Shown piece after piece: positions 47,234 through 57,191 of a stretch of 64,000 bases of DNA. The stretch lies in NCBI GenBank assembly GCA_020348445.1, contig CP070751.1:3436248-3500247 (forward strand), written 5' to 3'. The notes beneath the pieces are model-generated. The model had not been told where the DNA came from. It made no database searches and worked only from the letters and a program-made list of their open reading frames with translations. Numbering within the stretch: the first letter of the stretch is position 1; each line of letters opens with the position of its first letter. Both the position numbers and the translations under genes were made by a program. Source of the stretch: Thermoplasmata archaeon (GTDB taxonomy: Archaea > Thermoplasmatota > Thermoplasmata > GCA-020350865).

Positions 47234-47620
47234 TCAATCAAACTCTTTCCAATTGATAATCACGGCCCCAATCATTATGTTGTCGCCACTTTTTGCACCC
47301 ACAATTTGAATTGTGTTTCTTCCTTGCCTTAGGATTCCTTCAGGGATAACATCCGTGACATCCTGCCATTGGTTTTCACGAGTCCTTATTATGTCCTCAC
47401 CTGGAAGGTCCTCTCCATTAATAATGATTTTATGTCCCTTGTTTTGAACATCATACACTTGTACAATAATATAGCCATTTCCCGTTGGAACTCCAGGAAT
47501 GTTGAAGGTTCTTTTAGTGGTTTGATCTCCTACGTAGACGTACCAAGGTACATCGATTTCCCCTTCTTCATCACCAATTTGTTCATTGAAAATAATTATG
47601 TCGAAGTTAGCAATTGTCAT
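47234..47620 (-). CDS. Hypothetical beta-sandwich protein
   Basis: GGAGGTGA SD; beta-strand pattern, IINGEDL, LRQGRNTIQI. Confidence 0.8.
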   Translation of the reverse strand: MTIANFDIIIFNEQIGDEEGEIDVPWYVYVGDQTTKRTFNIPGVPTGNGYIIVQVYDVQNKGHKIIINGEDLPGEDIIRTRENQWQDVTDVIPEGILRQGRNTIQIVGAKSGDNIMIGAVIINWKEFD

Positions 47621-47969
47621 TGTATATCACCTCCTTCTTATTGTTGATCTCATTCTTTAAAGTGGTAGGGGGCCGTCTATGAATATCTAATTTATGGGAC
47701 AAATCTTCAATAGAATTCACAATCCCCTTGTCAATCTTTCCTCGCTTATTTTCATTCTTCTCGGTTAGATGCGTTTTTCCCCTAGAAAGCGGGCTTAAAC
47801 TTAGAATCCTCCCTATAATCTTACACCCCCCAACTATATTGGTTGATACACATCATTTTATTAATATTTTACCAAGATTCATGTAAAGTCCTCTAAATAT
47901 CCGAATTGTATGGCTTTTATTAGAAGTAGACAAATATACTTATTTACCCTAAATTCATACCCAAATTTC

Positions 47970-48557
47970 ATGGGTTTGGCAGAGAGCATCATTGATATCC
48001 TACAGGGGCTTCCCTCTTGGCTTATTATCATTTTTATTGCAATGATCCCCTTCATCGAACTTAGGGGAACCATATTGTTGTGGGCAGCCCAAGGAGGGGA
48101 TTTCTCTTTCGCCGGTTTCCCGTACCCTGAAGGTTGGATCCCAATTTATATTGTCTCAGTGATAGGTAATATGATCCCAATTCCTTTTATCTTGCTCTTT
48201 TTTCCATGGGTTGAAAAGAAGCTTAGACGATGGAAGATTTTCGACCGCTTCTTCGACTGGCTCTTTGCCAGAACCCGGAAAAGGACAGGCAAGTCCGTGG
48301 AAAAATACGAAGAGCTGGCCCTTGTACTTTTTGTTGCTATACCACTGCCCATAACCGGAGCCTGGACCGGCTCACTTGTGTCCTACCTATTCGGACTGGA
48401 TCGTGCCAAATCCATAATCTTCATTTTCATAGGTGTTTTAATTGCAGGAGCCATTATGCTTGCTTTGGTTCTCATATCCCTGTGGATTGCACTCGCGATA
48501 ATAATTGGGCTCACGATAGCTTTGATTTTACTTGGGCGAATTGAAACACGAGAATGA
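47970..48557 (+). CDS. Small multidrug export family (COG2426-like) membrane protein
   Basis: AMIPFIELRG, GNMIPIPF, FVAIPLPITGAWTG; likely start ATG 47970. Confidence 0.88.
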   Translation: MGLAESIIDILQGLPSWLIIIFIAMIPFIELRGTILLWAAQGGDFSFAGFPYPEGWIPIYIVSVIGNMIPIPFILLFFPWVEKKLRRWKIFDRFFDWLFARTRKRTGKSVEKYEELALVLFVAIPLPITGAWTGSLVSYLFGLDRAKSIIFIFIGVLIAGAIMLALVLISLWIALAIIIGLTIALILLGRIETRE

Positions 48558-48619
48558 ATAAAAGGATACTAGGCTCCTTTGATTTGATCTGCCCGGGTCT
48601 AGCTGATAGTAAAAAAACC

Positions 48620-49537
48620 CTATCCCAAAGTGATATCGTATTCGTTCAGAATAAGAGATATTAACTGATGAGGATTCATGGTCCCAATATCCTGGGTTGT
48701 AAGATCCTCAATCATGCTTTTTAGCTTATCTGCGTAATCTTTGGGCAATTTTTCGAACTTTTCAATTAATTTCTCTCTCAGATCATCTGGGAACTTCTTG
48801 CTCTCTATGCCTACATCCACGCCCTCTATGACGATGCCTATGCCCTTGAAAATCGAGTAAGGATGGGAGATTGTGGAGTGCCAGCTGCTTCTGGATTTGA
48901 CTATCCTCATCCTGGTGTCGACCTTTGCTATCCCCAATCCATCTAATCTCTCGATCGTCGAGGTTGTGGGGTGGGATATGTATCGAAGATGTATAACGGC
49001 ATCAGAAAGATACATTGGTATGATTGTTTCCGGACCCGAGAGATCCCCGAAGGTGCCGTGCTCCTCAAGTGTCGCAATTACAGTGCCCACCTTCTTGGTT
49101 TCGTTGAACAGGGTTGATATGAGTTCTCTTTGCTTGTACTTGTCTTGGGCAGTCCAAACAATTGGAGTTAGTGGGTCTATTGCGATCCTCGCATGAATAC
49201 CTGCCCATTCAGCCACAAATTCCGGCAACTCCTCTTTGATGAAATCAGAGAATTCCATTCCCCCTGCCTCAATAAACACAAGTTGACCATCTTCCAGGTA
49301 ATCCTTCAAATCGGCCCATCCCATCTCTGCAGCTTCTTTTAGGATCTGATCCTTTTGCTCTTCCAAAGTGATGTATATCGCCTCTTCTTCTTCCTCAAGA
49401 CCGCGGTGTAAGAATTGGGTTACAAATGTCGTTTTTCCCGTACCTGTCGCCCCAACTATTGTGGTAACAGAATTTTTGTTAATTCCATTATCGAGAAGGG
49501 GATTTAATCCGTATACACCTGTTTTAATTTTTTCCAT
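48620..49537 (-). CDS. KaiC/RAD55-family RecA-like ATPase (single domain)
   Basis: KTGVYGLN.LL..GI, GATGTGKT, YITLEE, RIAIDP, IVKSR. Confidence 0.9.
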   Translation of the reverse strand: MEKIKTGVYGLNPLLDNGINKNSVTTIVGATGTGKTTFVTQFLHRGLEEEEEAIYITLEEQKDQILKEAAEMGWADLKDYLEDGQLVFIEAGGMEFSDFIKEELPEFVAEWAGIHARIAIDPLTPIVWTAQDKYKQRELISTLFNETKKVGTVIATLEEHGTFGDLSGPETIIPMYLSDAVIHLRYISHPTTSTIERLDGLGIAKVDTRMRIVKSRSSWHSTISHPYSIFKGIGIVIEGVDVGIESKKFPDDLREKLIEKFEKLPKDYADKLKSMIEDLTTQDIGTMNPHQLISLILNEYDITLG

Positions 49538-49672
49538 ATCATGGGCCTTCCTGTTTTGTATCTGGATTTTTTATCATTAATTGTCTGGGCTTTTAAGAAT
49601 GGATTAATGGGTTATATAAATTTTGGAAATATCTACGTTTTTTGATTTTGACATCTGGCATCAATTCAAAAC

Positions 49673-50407
49673 TTATGTTATATTCCCACCTTTTGGATGG
49701 GGTAAAAACCTGGGAACCAGATTCAAATTCACCTTCAATATCATCTTTTCCTTGCCTGATTCTATTTGGATTACGAGCACATCACCACGACTCCGTATGA
49801 TCTCTGGTTTTGTACCATCCCTTTTTAATGCCCTTAAAAGGGTCTTTTTGAAGTGGTTCCTCCTCTTCCTGTCAGAGCGCAGAACCTTGTCCAGGTTTTC
49901 ACTAATGTAGTAGTGCTTGTATTTTCCATCTCTTATGCAGTTGATAATCGCGTATTCAGTTAATTTGGAGGTGTACCACCCGCATTCCTGCTGGTACATC
50001 CCCAGCTTTTTGCAGAGCTTCTTTTGTGTGATACCGGGATTTGCGGCAATTGTGTCACAAATGAACCTTGCCTTATCACCGCTTAATAGCGCCAGGACCT
50101 CGATATCCTCTGACTCGATCATCTCCGCGGGGTAGTAAATCCTGTTTTTACCCACTTTTTTTGTGGTAACTAGGCCTTTCTCCGTCATTTTCTTAAGATG
50201 CCAGTCTACAGTGGGGACTGCAAGGTCCAAAGTCCTTGCTATGACCCTCAATTTACTGCATGGATTCTTGCACAGATACTGGAATATCACCAGTCTAGTG
50301 GGATTTAAAAGCAGCGATTCCTCACCCTTTTTGCTCTTCTCTACCTCACCCACGGCCCTTTCCTGTGCTATCGCCCTCTTTAAAGCATCGCCGATCTTCT
50401 CTGGCAT
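49673..50407 (-). CDS. Double winged-helix transcriptional regulator
   Basis: LLNPTRLVIFQY...HLKKM; second NPGITQKKL HTH. Confidence 0.85.
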   Translation of the reverse strand: MPEKIGDALKRAIAQERAVGEVEKSKKGEESLLLNPTRLVIFQYLCKNPCSKLRVIARTLDLAVPTVDWHLKKMTEKGLVTTKKVGKNRIYYPAEMIESEDIEVLALLSGDKARFICDTIAANPGITQKKLCKKLGMYQQECGWYTSKLTEYAIINCIRDGKYKHYYISENLDKVLRSDRKRRNHFKKTLLRALKRDGTKPEIIRSRGDVLVIQIESGKEKMILKVNLNLVPRFLPHPKGGNIT

Positions 50408-50548
50408 GGACTTTTTCCTCGCAACGAGTATTGTATGGGTTGATATTTACCTTTTTTGTTTGATTTATATGAACAAATCCTTTTCATAGTTTTTTTAGTT
50501 CCTGGGTGGGTGGAGGGAGGTAGGTGGTGGGTAGATCTTTATGCGGGG

Positions 50549-50647
50549 GCCCTTAGGCTTAAGATATCAACTCTTTATCGCATAACCTAAGGGCAAAGTG
50601 GCCTATGAATTAATCATATAGGATATGGAATAGACCACGATGGAGGG
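50549..50647 (+). ncRNA. Copy B of an unassigned two-hairpin intergenic repeat element
   Basis: GCCCTTAGG-N28-CCTAAGGGC then GTGGCCTAT-N23-ATAGACCAC; 88/99 identical to 37280-37378. Confidence 0.7.
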
Positions 50648-50727
50648 GGGATGGTGGGAGGGATGAAGATGATAGATAAAAAACGATATCAAAAATATAT
50701 TATCACCCAAACCCAATTCCTTATGTC

Positions 50728-51480
50728 ATGAAACTCGAACCAATCCCAAATGAACCTGCTCTACTTCTAAAAGGCAAGAAAAATACCTTGATCGTGGCCG
50801 ACCTTCATATTGGAATAGAAGCCGAGCTTAGAGAATCAGGGATAAACATTCCCAGCCAGACAGAGAAAATGGCATTGCACCTCATTGAACTTTGTAAAGA
50901 GCATGAGATTCACGACCTGGTTATTGTGGGGGATGTGAAGCATAATGTTCCAATGACGAGCGGACAGGAGTACTTCGAAATCCCAAGGATTTTTGAGAGA
51001 TTGAAAGAACATGTGGAAAAGGCCCACATCACGATGGGAAACCACGATGGGAATCTTAAAAACTATCTCCCGGATTGGGTAAAAATCCACGGAACCAAGG
51101 GTTTTACTTATAAAGGAATTGGGATTTTCCACGGCCATACATGGCCTAAAAAAGAAGTCATGCAGTGCAGCCAAGTAGTAATTGCCCATCAGCATCCCAC
51201 GATATTGTTCGTAGAAACACTCGGGGAAAGGGATACCAGGCAATGCTGGGTGAAAGCAGATTTCATTACCAAGGTTACAGAAGAACGTTATCCCAAATCA
51301 AATCCAAAGCTCATAATCATGCCCACTTTCAACGATCTTTTAGGAGGAATCGCGGTAAACGAGAGGGATTCTGAGCTTCTAGGACCAATTATGAAAAACA
51401 AACTCGTGGATTTGGATAATGCCGAAATTTACCTACTAGATGGTACATTTTTAGGGAAACTTAGTGATTTGAGGGTGTAA
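50728..51480 (+). CDS. Metallophosphoesterase (Lhr-associated MPE type)
   Basis: ADLHIG, GDVKH, GNHDG, FHGH, HQHP, MPTFN. Confidence 0.9.
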   Translation: MKLEPIPNEPALLLKGKKNTLIVADLHIGIEAELRESGINIPSQTEKMALHLIELCKEHEIHDLVIVGDVKHNVPMTSGQEYFEIPRIFERLKEHVEKAHITMGNHDGNLKNYLPDWVKIHGTKGFTYKGIGIFHGHTWPKKEVMQCSQVVIAHQHPTILFVETLGERDTRQCWVKADFITKVTEERYPKSNPKLIIMPTFNDLLGGIAVNERDSELLGPIMKNKLVDLDNAEIYLLDGTFLGKLSDLRV

Positions 51481-51481
51481 G

Positions 51482-54223
51482 ATGAGTTTTGATATGCTTT
51501 CTCCTGCTATTATAAAAGCTATTGAAAAGAAGGGATGGGGAGAATTAACTGAGCCTCAAAAAAAGGCCATTCCAGTGGTTTTAGATGACAAGGATCTGCT
51601 TCTTATCGCTCCCACAGGTTATGGAAAGACCGAGGCTGTAATGTTACCGCTTTTTCACAAGATTCTAAAAGAAAAACCAGAGAGAATCAGCCTTCTTTAC
51701 ATAACACCATTAAGAGCACTTAACAGGGACATGCTGCAAAGAATGCTATGGTTCGCCAACGAACTGGATATTAAGGTTGCGGTGCGTCACGGCGACACTC
51801 CCCAGCATGAAAGGGCAAAAATGTCAAAGTCACCACCTGACATCCTCATCACCACTCCTGAGACGTTTCAGATCATGTTCACTGGCAAGCACCTCAGAAG
51901 GCATTTAAGTAATGTGAAATGGGTGGTAATCGACGAGATCCATGAACTTGCCCAGGATGAAAGAGGTGCCCAGCTTGCTGTAGCAATGGAAAGGTTATGT
52001 CAATTAACAGGAAGGGAGGTTCAGAGAATTGGATTATCAGCAACAGTGGGCAGCCCTTCGGAAATAGCACGGTTTTTAGGAGGAGTACAAAGAAAGGTGG
52101 AAATCATAAGAACCAGGCTCCCAAAGGATATCAAAATACAGGTGGAGAGCCCCATTCCAAAAAAAGAGGATGAGAAGCTTGCAATGGAACTTGGCACAGA
52201 ATCCAAACAGGCCGTCTGTCTAAGAAGGGGAAGGGAACTGGTGGAAGAACATAGGTCAACCCTATACTTTGTAAATACAAGGGATACTGCAGAGACCCTT
52301 GCCACAAGATACCATCTATGGGACAGTGCCTTTCCAGTTGGAGTACATCATGGCTCACTATCCAAGGGTGTTAGGGTCCAGATGGAGGAGGATTTCAAAT
52401 CCGAGAAATTAAAGGGTCTGATATGCACATCCTCACTGGAACTTGGAATAGATGTGGGTAGTGCAGATTTCACAATACAGTACAACTCCCCGAGACAGGT
52501 GACCAGACTGGTTCAGAGAGTGGGAAGAGCAGGTCATGCAGTTGGAGAGGTTTCCAAAGGAACTATCATAGCCATATCCAATGATGACGTACTAGAGAGC
52601 TGTGCAATTACAAGAAGGGCACTTGCCGAGAAAATCGAAGCCTTTAAAATTAGGGAAAATCCACTATCTGTCTTAGCCAATCAGATCCTCGCAATCGCCG
52701 TGACCTCCAAGGACAATACCCTTAAAAGCTGCTATTCACTGATTAAAAAGGCCTACCCATTTCGAAATTTGAAACAAAAAACGTTCCTGGATGTTGTGGA
52801 ACTTTTAAGGGATGAAAGGGTCCTGTGGATTGAAGATGAAAGATTTGGAAGAAAAAGACCCTCATTCAACTACTTTTATGATAACCTATCCATGATCCCT
52901 GACGAGAGAACTTTTAAGGTCGTTGATATAACAACCAGGAAAACCATTGGAACCTTGGACGAAGGATTCACAGCCAATTACATTCAACCTCATGCACGAA
53001 TCATTATTAAGGGTCGACCATGGGAAGTTGTGGAGTTCGAGGAGGATATACTTGTTACCCCCTCAGCACTTGTTGGTGCAGTGCCAAATTGGGTAGGAGA
53101 GGAGATTCCTGTTCCAATAGAAGTGGCCCAAGAGGTGGGAAGGATAAGAAGAATGGGGGACCTAGGGGGATATCCTATTGATGATGGTGCTAAAAAAATA
53201 TACTTTGATACCCTAAAAAAACAGAAAAAGCAACATCCAGTGCCTACTGATAGACTGATCACAATCGAATCTGACAAGCGAACGATCATAGTAAATGCAT
53301 GTCTTGGAAGCAAGGTAAACGAGACAGTGGGAATGCTGCTTTCAACTCTTCTCGCGGCAAGGGTGGGAGAGAGCGTTGGTATGAGAACAGACCCTTACCG
53401 AATCATTCTGGATCTGCCAACTCCCATGAATCCTGATATCGTAAAAGCAATTCTTCTTGAAACAGAACCAGAGGGAGTTGAAGATATCATTCGAATGGCT
53501 CTGAAACACTCCTCATATCTGAGATGGACATTAATTAATGTGGCTAAGAAATTCTGTGCACTTGAAAAAGAAGTGGATTACAAGAGGATCTCCATCAAGA
53601 GACTAGCTGCCGCTTTCATGGACACACCTTTATATTCAGAAACAGTGGATAAAACAATCTGGGAAAGGATGGATATTCAAAAGACAAAGGAGGTCCTTCA
53701 GAGCATACAGGACAGGGAAATAGACCTTCGAGTAACTAGCCTTTCACCCATTGGACTAGAGGGTGTGGAAGCTTTCAGAAGACTCGTTGCTCCCCAGAAA
53801 CCTGATCGGGCAATTCTAATGACCTTGAAACACCGGCTCGAGGACGAGAGAGTCAAACTTTTGTGCCTTTCCTGCAAGAGGGAATACTTGAAGAGAATAA
53901 AGAACATCCCAGAAAAGATAACTTGTCAGAACTGCGGCGGAAAGATGATAGCCGCCGTGCCCACCTACGAGGATGCAGGGCCCATTCTTCGAAAAAAGAA
54001 ACCCAAGGAAAAAGAGAAAAGGACTATAAGGAAATTATTCACAAACGCAAACCTGATTCTGAGTCACGGTAAAAAAGCAATTCTGGCAATGAGGGCAAGG
54101 GGAGTCGGCCCAAAGACTGCCGCTCGAATCCTTGCCATGCACTACGAGACCGAAGAGGAGTTTCTAAGGGAGATTTTATCGGCAGAGATTCTGTATGCAA
54201 GGACGAGAAGGTTTTGGGATTGA
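51482..54223 (+). CDS. lhr: Lhr-family DEAD/DEAH helicase
   Basis: APTGYGKT, DEIHE, GLSAT, HHGSLS, TSSLELGIDVG, QRVGRAGH, C-terminal CLSC..CQNC. Confidence 0.93.
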   Translation: MSFDMLSPAIIKAIEKKGWGELTEPQKKAIPVVLDDKDLLLIAPTGYGKTEAVMLPLFHKILKEKPERISLLYITPLRALNRDMLQRMLWFANELDIKVAVRHGDTPQHERAKMSKSPPDILITTPETFQIMFTGKHLRRHLSNVKWVVIDEIHELAQDERGAQLAVAMERLCQLTGREVQRIGLSATVGSPSEIARFLGGVQRKVEIIRTRLPKDIKIQVESPIPKKEDEKLAMELGTESKQAVCLRRGRELVEEHRSTLYFVNTRDTAETLATRYHLWDSAFPVGVHHGSLSKGVRVQMEEDFKSEKLKGLICTSSLELGIDVGSADFTIQYNSPRQVTRLVQRVGRAGHAVGEVSKGTIIAISNDDVLESCAITRRALAEKIEAFKIRENPLSVLANQILAIAVTSKDNTLKSCYSLIKKAYPFRNLKQKTFLDVVELLRDERVLWIEDERFGRKRPSFNYFYDNLSMIPDERTFKVVDITTRKTIGTLDEGFTANYIQPHARIIIKGRPWEVVEFEEDILVTPSALVGAVPNWVGEEIPVPIEVAQEVGRIRRMGDLGGYPIDDGAKKIYFDTLKKQKKQHPVPTDRLITIESDKRTIIVNACLGSKVNETVGMLLSTLLAARVGESVGMRTDPYRIILDLPTPMNPDIVKAILLETEPEGVEDIIRMALKHSSYLRWTLINVAKKFCALEKEVDYKRISIKRLAAAFMDTPLYSETVDKTIWERMDIQKTKEVLQSIQDREIDLRVTSLSPIGLEGVEAFRRLVAPQKPDRAILMTLKHRLEDERVKLLCLSCKREYLKRIKNIPEKITCQNCGGKMIAAVPTYEDAGPILRKKKPKEKEKRTIRKLFTNANLILSHGKKAILAMRARGVGPKTAARILAMHYETEEEFLREILSAEILYARTRRFWD

Positions 54224-54491
54224 TAGGTAGAAGATTTTAAAAACTTTTTAACATTTTATTACGTTATTTTATTATTTTCAAGTTAACACTGTTATACAAA
54301 TCCAGACTGACGTTTTATTCAATAAAATAGTATCAATATCTGACAACTTTTAAATATCTTTATATTATTCCCCCCAATGCCCAGATTTAAAAAAATGGAA
54401 ATATGGGAAAAATACCGTATTTGGGGGTATCAATAATAAAGAATGTTATGGTTAATAGTGATTTTTTAAAAATATATAAGGAGGTAAGAAT

Positions 54492-55838
54492 ATGAGTAGC
54501 TCAGAAACAAATCCATTTAAAATTGCACAGAGTCAATTGGATAATGTAGCAGATCGGTTGGAACTAAAAAAGGGGATCCATCTATTTCTCAGGACCCCGC
54601 GAAGAGAGCTTTCAGTAAATTTTCCTGTAAGGATGGATAATGGTGAAATAAAGGTTTTTCAAGGATACAGGGTGCAGCATAACATGGCTAGAGGACCTTG
54701 CAAAGGTGGCATCAGGTATCACTGGAACGTTTCACTGGATGAGGTCAGGGCCCTGGCAATGTGGATGACATGGAAATGCGCAGTGGTTAACATTCCTTAT
54801 GGTGGTGCAAAAGGTGGAATAATATGCAATCCAAAGGAAATGTCTCAGGCCGAATTGGAACGCATGACAAGAAGGTTTACCACAGAAATATCCATCATTA
54901 TCGGACCTGAAAAGGATATCCCAGCACCTGATGTCTATACAAATGCCCAGACAATGGCATGGATAATGGATACATACAGTTCAATTAAAGGTTATTCGGT
55001 ACCAGGGGTGGTCACAGGAAAACCCATCCATGTAGGCGGGTCCCTGGGTAGAAACGAGGCTACTGCAAGAGGTTGTATGTTCACAATACGAGAAGCCTTA
55101 AAACATTTTGATTTAAAGGTTATTCCACCCGAACAGTGGCGAAAGGAATGTTCGGAAGAAGAATTGGACAAAGATATTTGTGATGGTGATGAGGGAACAG
55201 GATACAAGCTAAATAAGGCGACCGTTGCCATACAGGGTTTTGGAAATGCGGGTTCCATATCTGCAGCACTGTTATCAGCCAAGGGAGCGAAGATCATTGC
55301 AGTAAGTGACAGCAAAGGAGGAGTTGCGAATAAAGAGGGATTGGACATTCCAAAGCTTATAGAGCATAAGAGTAAAACCGGCAGTGTAATAGGATTCGAA
55401 GGTGCAAACGATGATCTTGGTCCAAAACAGGTTCTTGAATTTGAAGCCGATGTGCTGGTCCCCGCCGCCCTGGAGAATCAGATAACGGATGAGAATGCAG
55501 ACAATATAAAGGCGAAAATAGTTGCCGAGGCTGCAAACGGTCCCACCACTCCAGAGGCAGATAGGATTCTTCATGAAAAGAATATCTTTCTAATACCTGA
55601 CATTCTCGCAAATGCTGGCGGTGTAACTGTTTCATATTTCGAGTGGGTTCAGGGCTTGCAGCAGTTCTTCTGGTCTGAGCGTGATGTGAACGTTCAGCTG
55701 AGGGAAATCATGACAAAGGCCTTCCATGAAGTGTTACAAATAAGCGAAAAGGAAAAGGTGGACATGAGAACCGCAGCTTATATGGTAGCTGTGAAAAGGG
55801 TGGCAGATGCAATTGAGCATCGCGGGATATTTCCGTAA
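54492..55838 (+). CDS. gdhA: Glu/Leu/Phe/Val dehydrogenase (glutamate dehydrogenase)
   Basis: RGPCKGGIRY, PYGGAKGG, DIPAPD, VVTGKP..GGSLGR, QGFGNAG, EAANGP, NAGGVTVSYFEW. Confidence 0.95.
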   Translation: MSSSETNPFKIAQSQLDNVADRLELKKGIHLFLRTPRRELSVNFPVRMDNGEIKVFQGYRVQHNMARGPCKGGIRYHWNVSLDEVRALAMWMTWKCAVVNIPYGGAKGGIICNPKEMSQAELERMTRRFTTEISIIIGPEKDIPAPDVYTNAQTMAWIMDTYSSIKGYSVPGVVTGKPIHVGGSLGRNEATARGCMFTIREALKHFDLKVIPPEQWRKECSEEELDKDICDGDEGTGYKLNKATVAIQGFGNAGSISAALLSAKGAKIIAVSDSKGGVANKEGLDIPKLIEHKSKTGSVIGFEGANDDLGPKQVLEFEADVLVPAALENQITDENADNIKAKIVAEAANGPTTPEADRILHEKNIFLIPDILANAGGVTVSYFEWVQGLQQFFWSERDVNVQLREIMTKAFHEVLQISEKEKVDMRTAAYMVAVKRVADAIEHRGIFP

Positions 55839-55907
55839 AATATCATGTTTTTTATTGCTACATCCAAGAATAAATTGACTATATTTAAGGCTGTAAAATC
55901 AGATTAA

Positions 55908-56438
55908 CTAGGGTACAAAATCCCTAAGTTTTTCTAATTCAGGATTTATCTTACCCTCGGAAACGAGACAGAAATTCAAGTCGATCATAACAGGTTTCTC
56001 AAGAAGATATTCATCGTATAGATATCGTAAGGTCTCGTAATATCTCCTTGCAGTGGGGTGATCCGGGGCAGAGAATCTCAAAACCCAGTCATATTCGCCA
56101 TTTACGATCCATAGATCTTGCAGTCTCACATTCTGCTTCTCCTGCTCCTTCCCATGTAACCTTAGTAACATAAGGTCCACCAATTCTTTAGTCATGGGTT
56201 TCATTTTAAGTAACATTACATATGATACATGATTCAGTTTTCTTTCATCAACAACCGCGGTATATCCCCATATTATATGTTCTTCCTCCAGCTTTCTCTT
56301 TTCACGCCATATTTTTTGTCTATAACTTTTTAGCTCTTTTGCTATGATCCTTAAACTCTTTGTAGGATCATCTAAAAGCGCGTGTAATATTTCATTGTTA
56401 TATATGTTTTTGTTACTTTTTGATGCTTTATTAGACAT
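55908..56438 (-). CDS. Lrp/AsnC family transcriptional regulator
   Basis: N-terminal HTH, LEEEHIIWGYTAVVD, GEYDWVL. Confidence 0.82.
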   Translation of the reverse strand: MSNKASKSNKNIYNNEILHALLDDPTKSLRIIAKELKSYRQKIWREKRKLEEEHIIWGYTAVVDERKLNHVSYVMLLKMKPMTKELVDLMLLRLHGKEQEKQNVRLQDLWIVNGEYDWVLRFSAPDHPTARRYYETLRYLYDEYLLEKPVMIDLNFCLVSEGKINPELEKLRDFVP

Positions 56439-56558
56439 TTTTTTACCACCTGTAACATATAGTTATAACATATCTCTATGTTGTTTTAGATATATAATGA
56501 TATTGAAGATAATAAATATTTCACTGGATGAGACATCATAAAAATAGGAGGCCTGTGA

Positions 56559-56951
56559 ATGGTAAAAAAATGGAAAGGAATAAAAGAAATCGTAGAAAAG
56601 GCGACTAAAGAACTGATTGAAACGAAAGAGGATGGCTATTTATTTTACTCAGCACCAGAAGGTCAAAAACTAATCCTATTAGTTGATATTAAAGATCTAC
56701 CAGCTTGGAGAAAGGAAATAAAGGATTTTGGTATCCCAATAAATGGAGAAAAGAATCGGATTTTCTGTCGAGGTTTTTCAGATGAAGATGAAGGAATTGT
56801 AACGGAAGGCTATAATCCATTACTTGAATTGGTAGAGGAAGAAAGAATGGGTGCGGATGAAATTAAAAAAAGGATTAAGGAAGAATGGAAAGAATCAAGA
56901 TTACGCGTTCAAGGAAGAAAGTTTCCAAGGACATTTGAGGAGGAAACATGA
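56559..56951 (+). CDS. Hypothetical protein
   Basis: GGAGG SD, 130 aa, ATGA overlap with the next ORF. Confidence 0.65.
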   Translation: MVKKWKGIKEIVEKATKELIETKEDGYLFYSAPEGQKLILLVDIKDLPAWRKEIKDFGIPINGEKNRIFCRGFSDEDEGIVTEGYNPLLELVEEERMGADEIKKRIKEEWKESRLRVQGRKFPRTFEEET

Positions 56952-57160
56952 CTGTATATAAACGAGGATCCATGTATCTTATTTGTCTGGTGTGTGGAAA
57001 TAGGGATTTTGACATCGTTAAGCATTTCTCTGTGGGAGACAAAGTTCTGAGGTGTAAAAATTGCGGATTTATGATTAAGGAAAGCGGGTATTTCAATATA
57101 ATATCTGGAAATACACTTGAATCTCCAGATGAACAACCGTTACCTGCTGTGAAGAAGTAG
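56948..57160 (+). CDS. Small zinc-ribbon protein
   Basis: CLVC-N17-CKNC. Confidence 0.65.
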   Translation: MTVYKRGSMYLICLVCGNRDFDIVKHFSVGDKVLRCKNCGFMIKESGYFNIISGNTLESPDEQPLPAVKK

Positions 57161-57191
57161 GAATGGGGGATTCAGATAAGGAGGTGATAAA

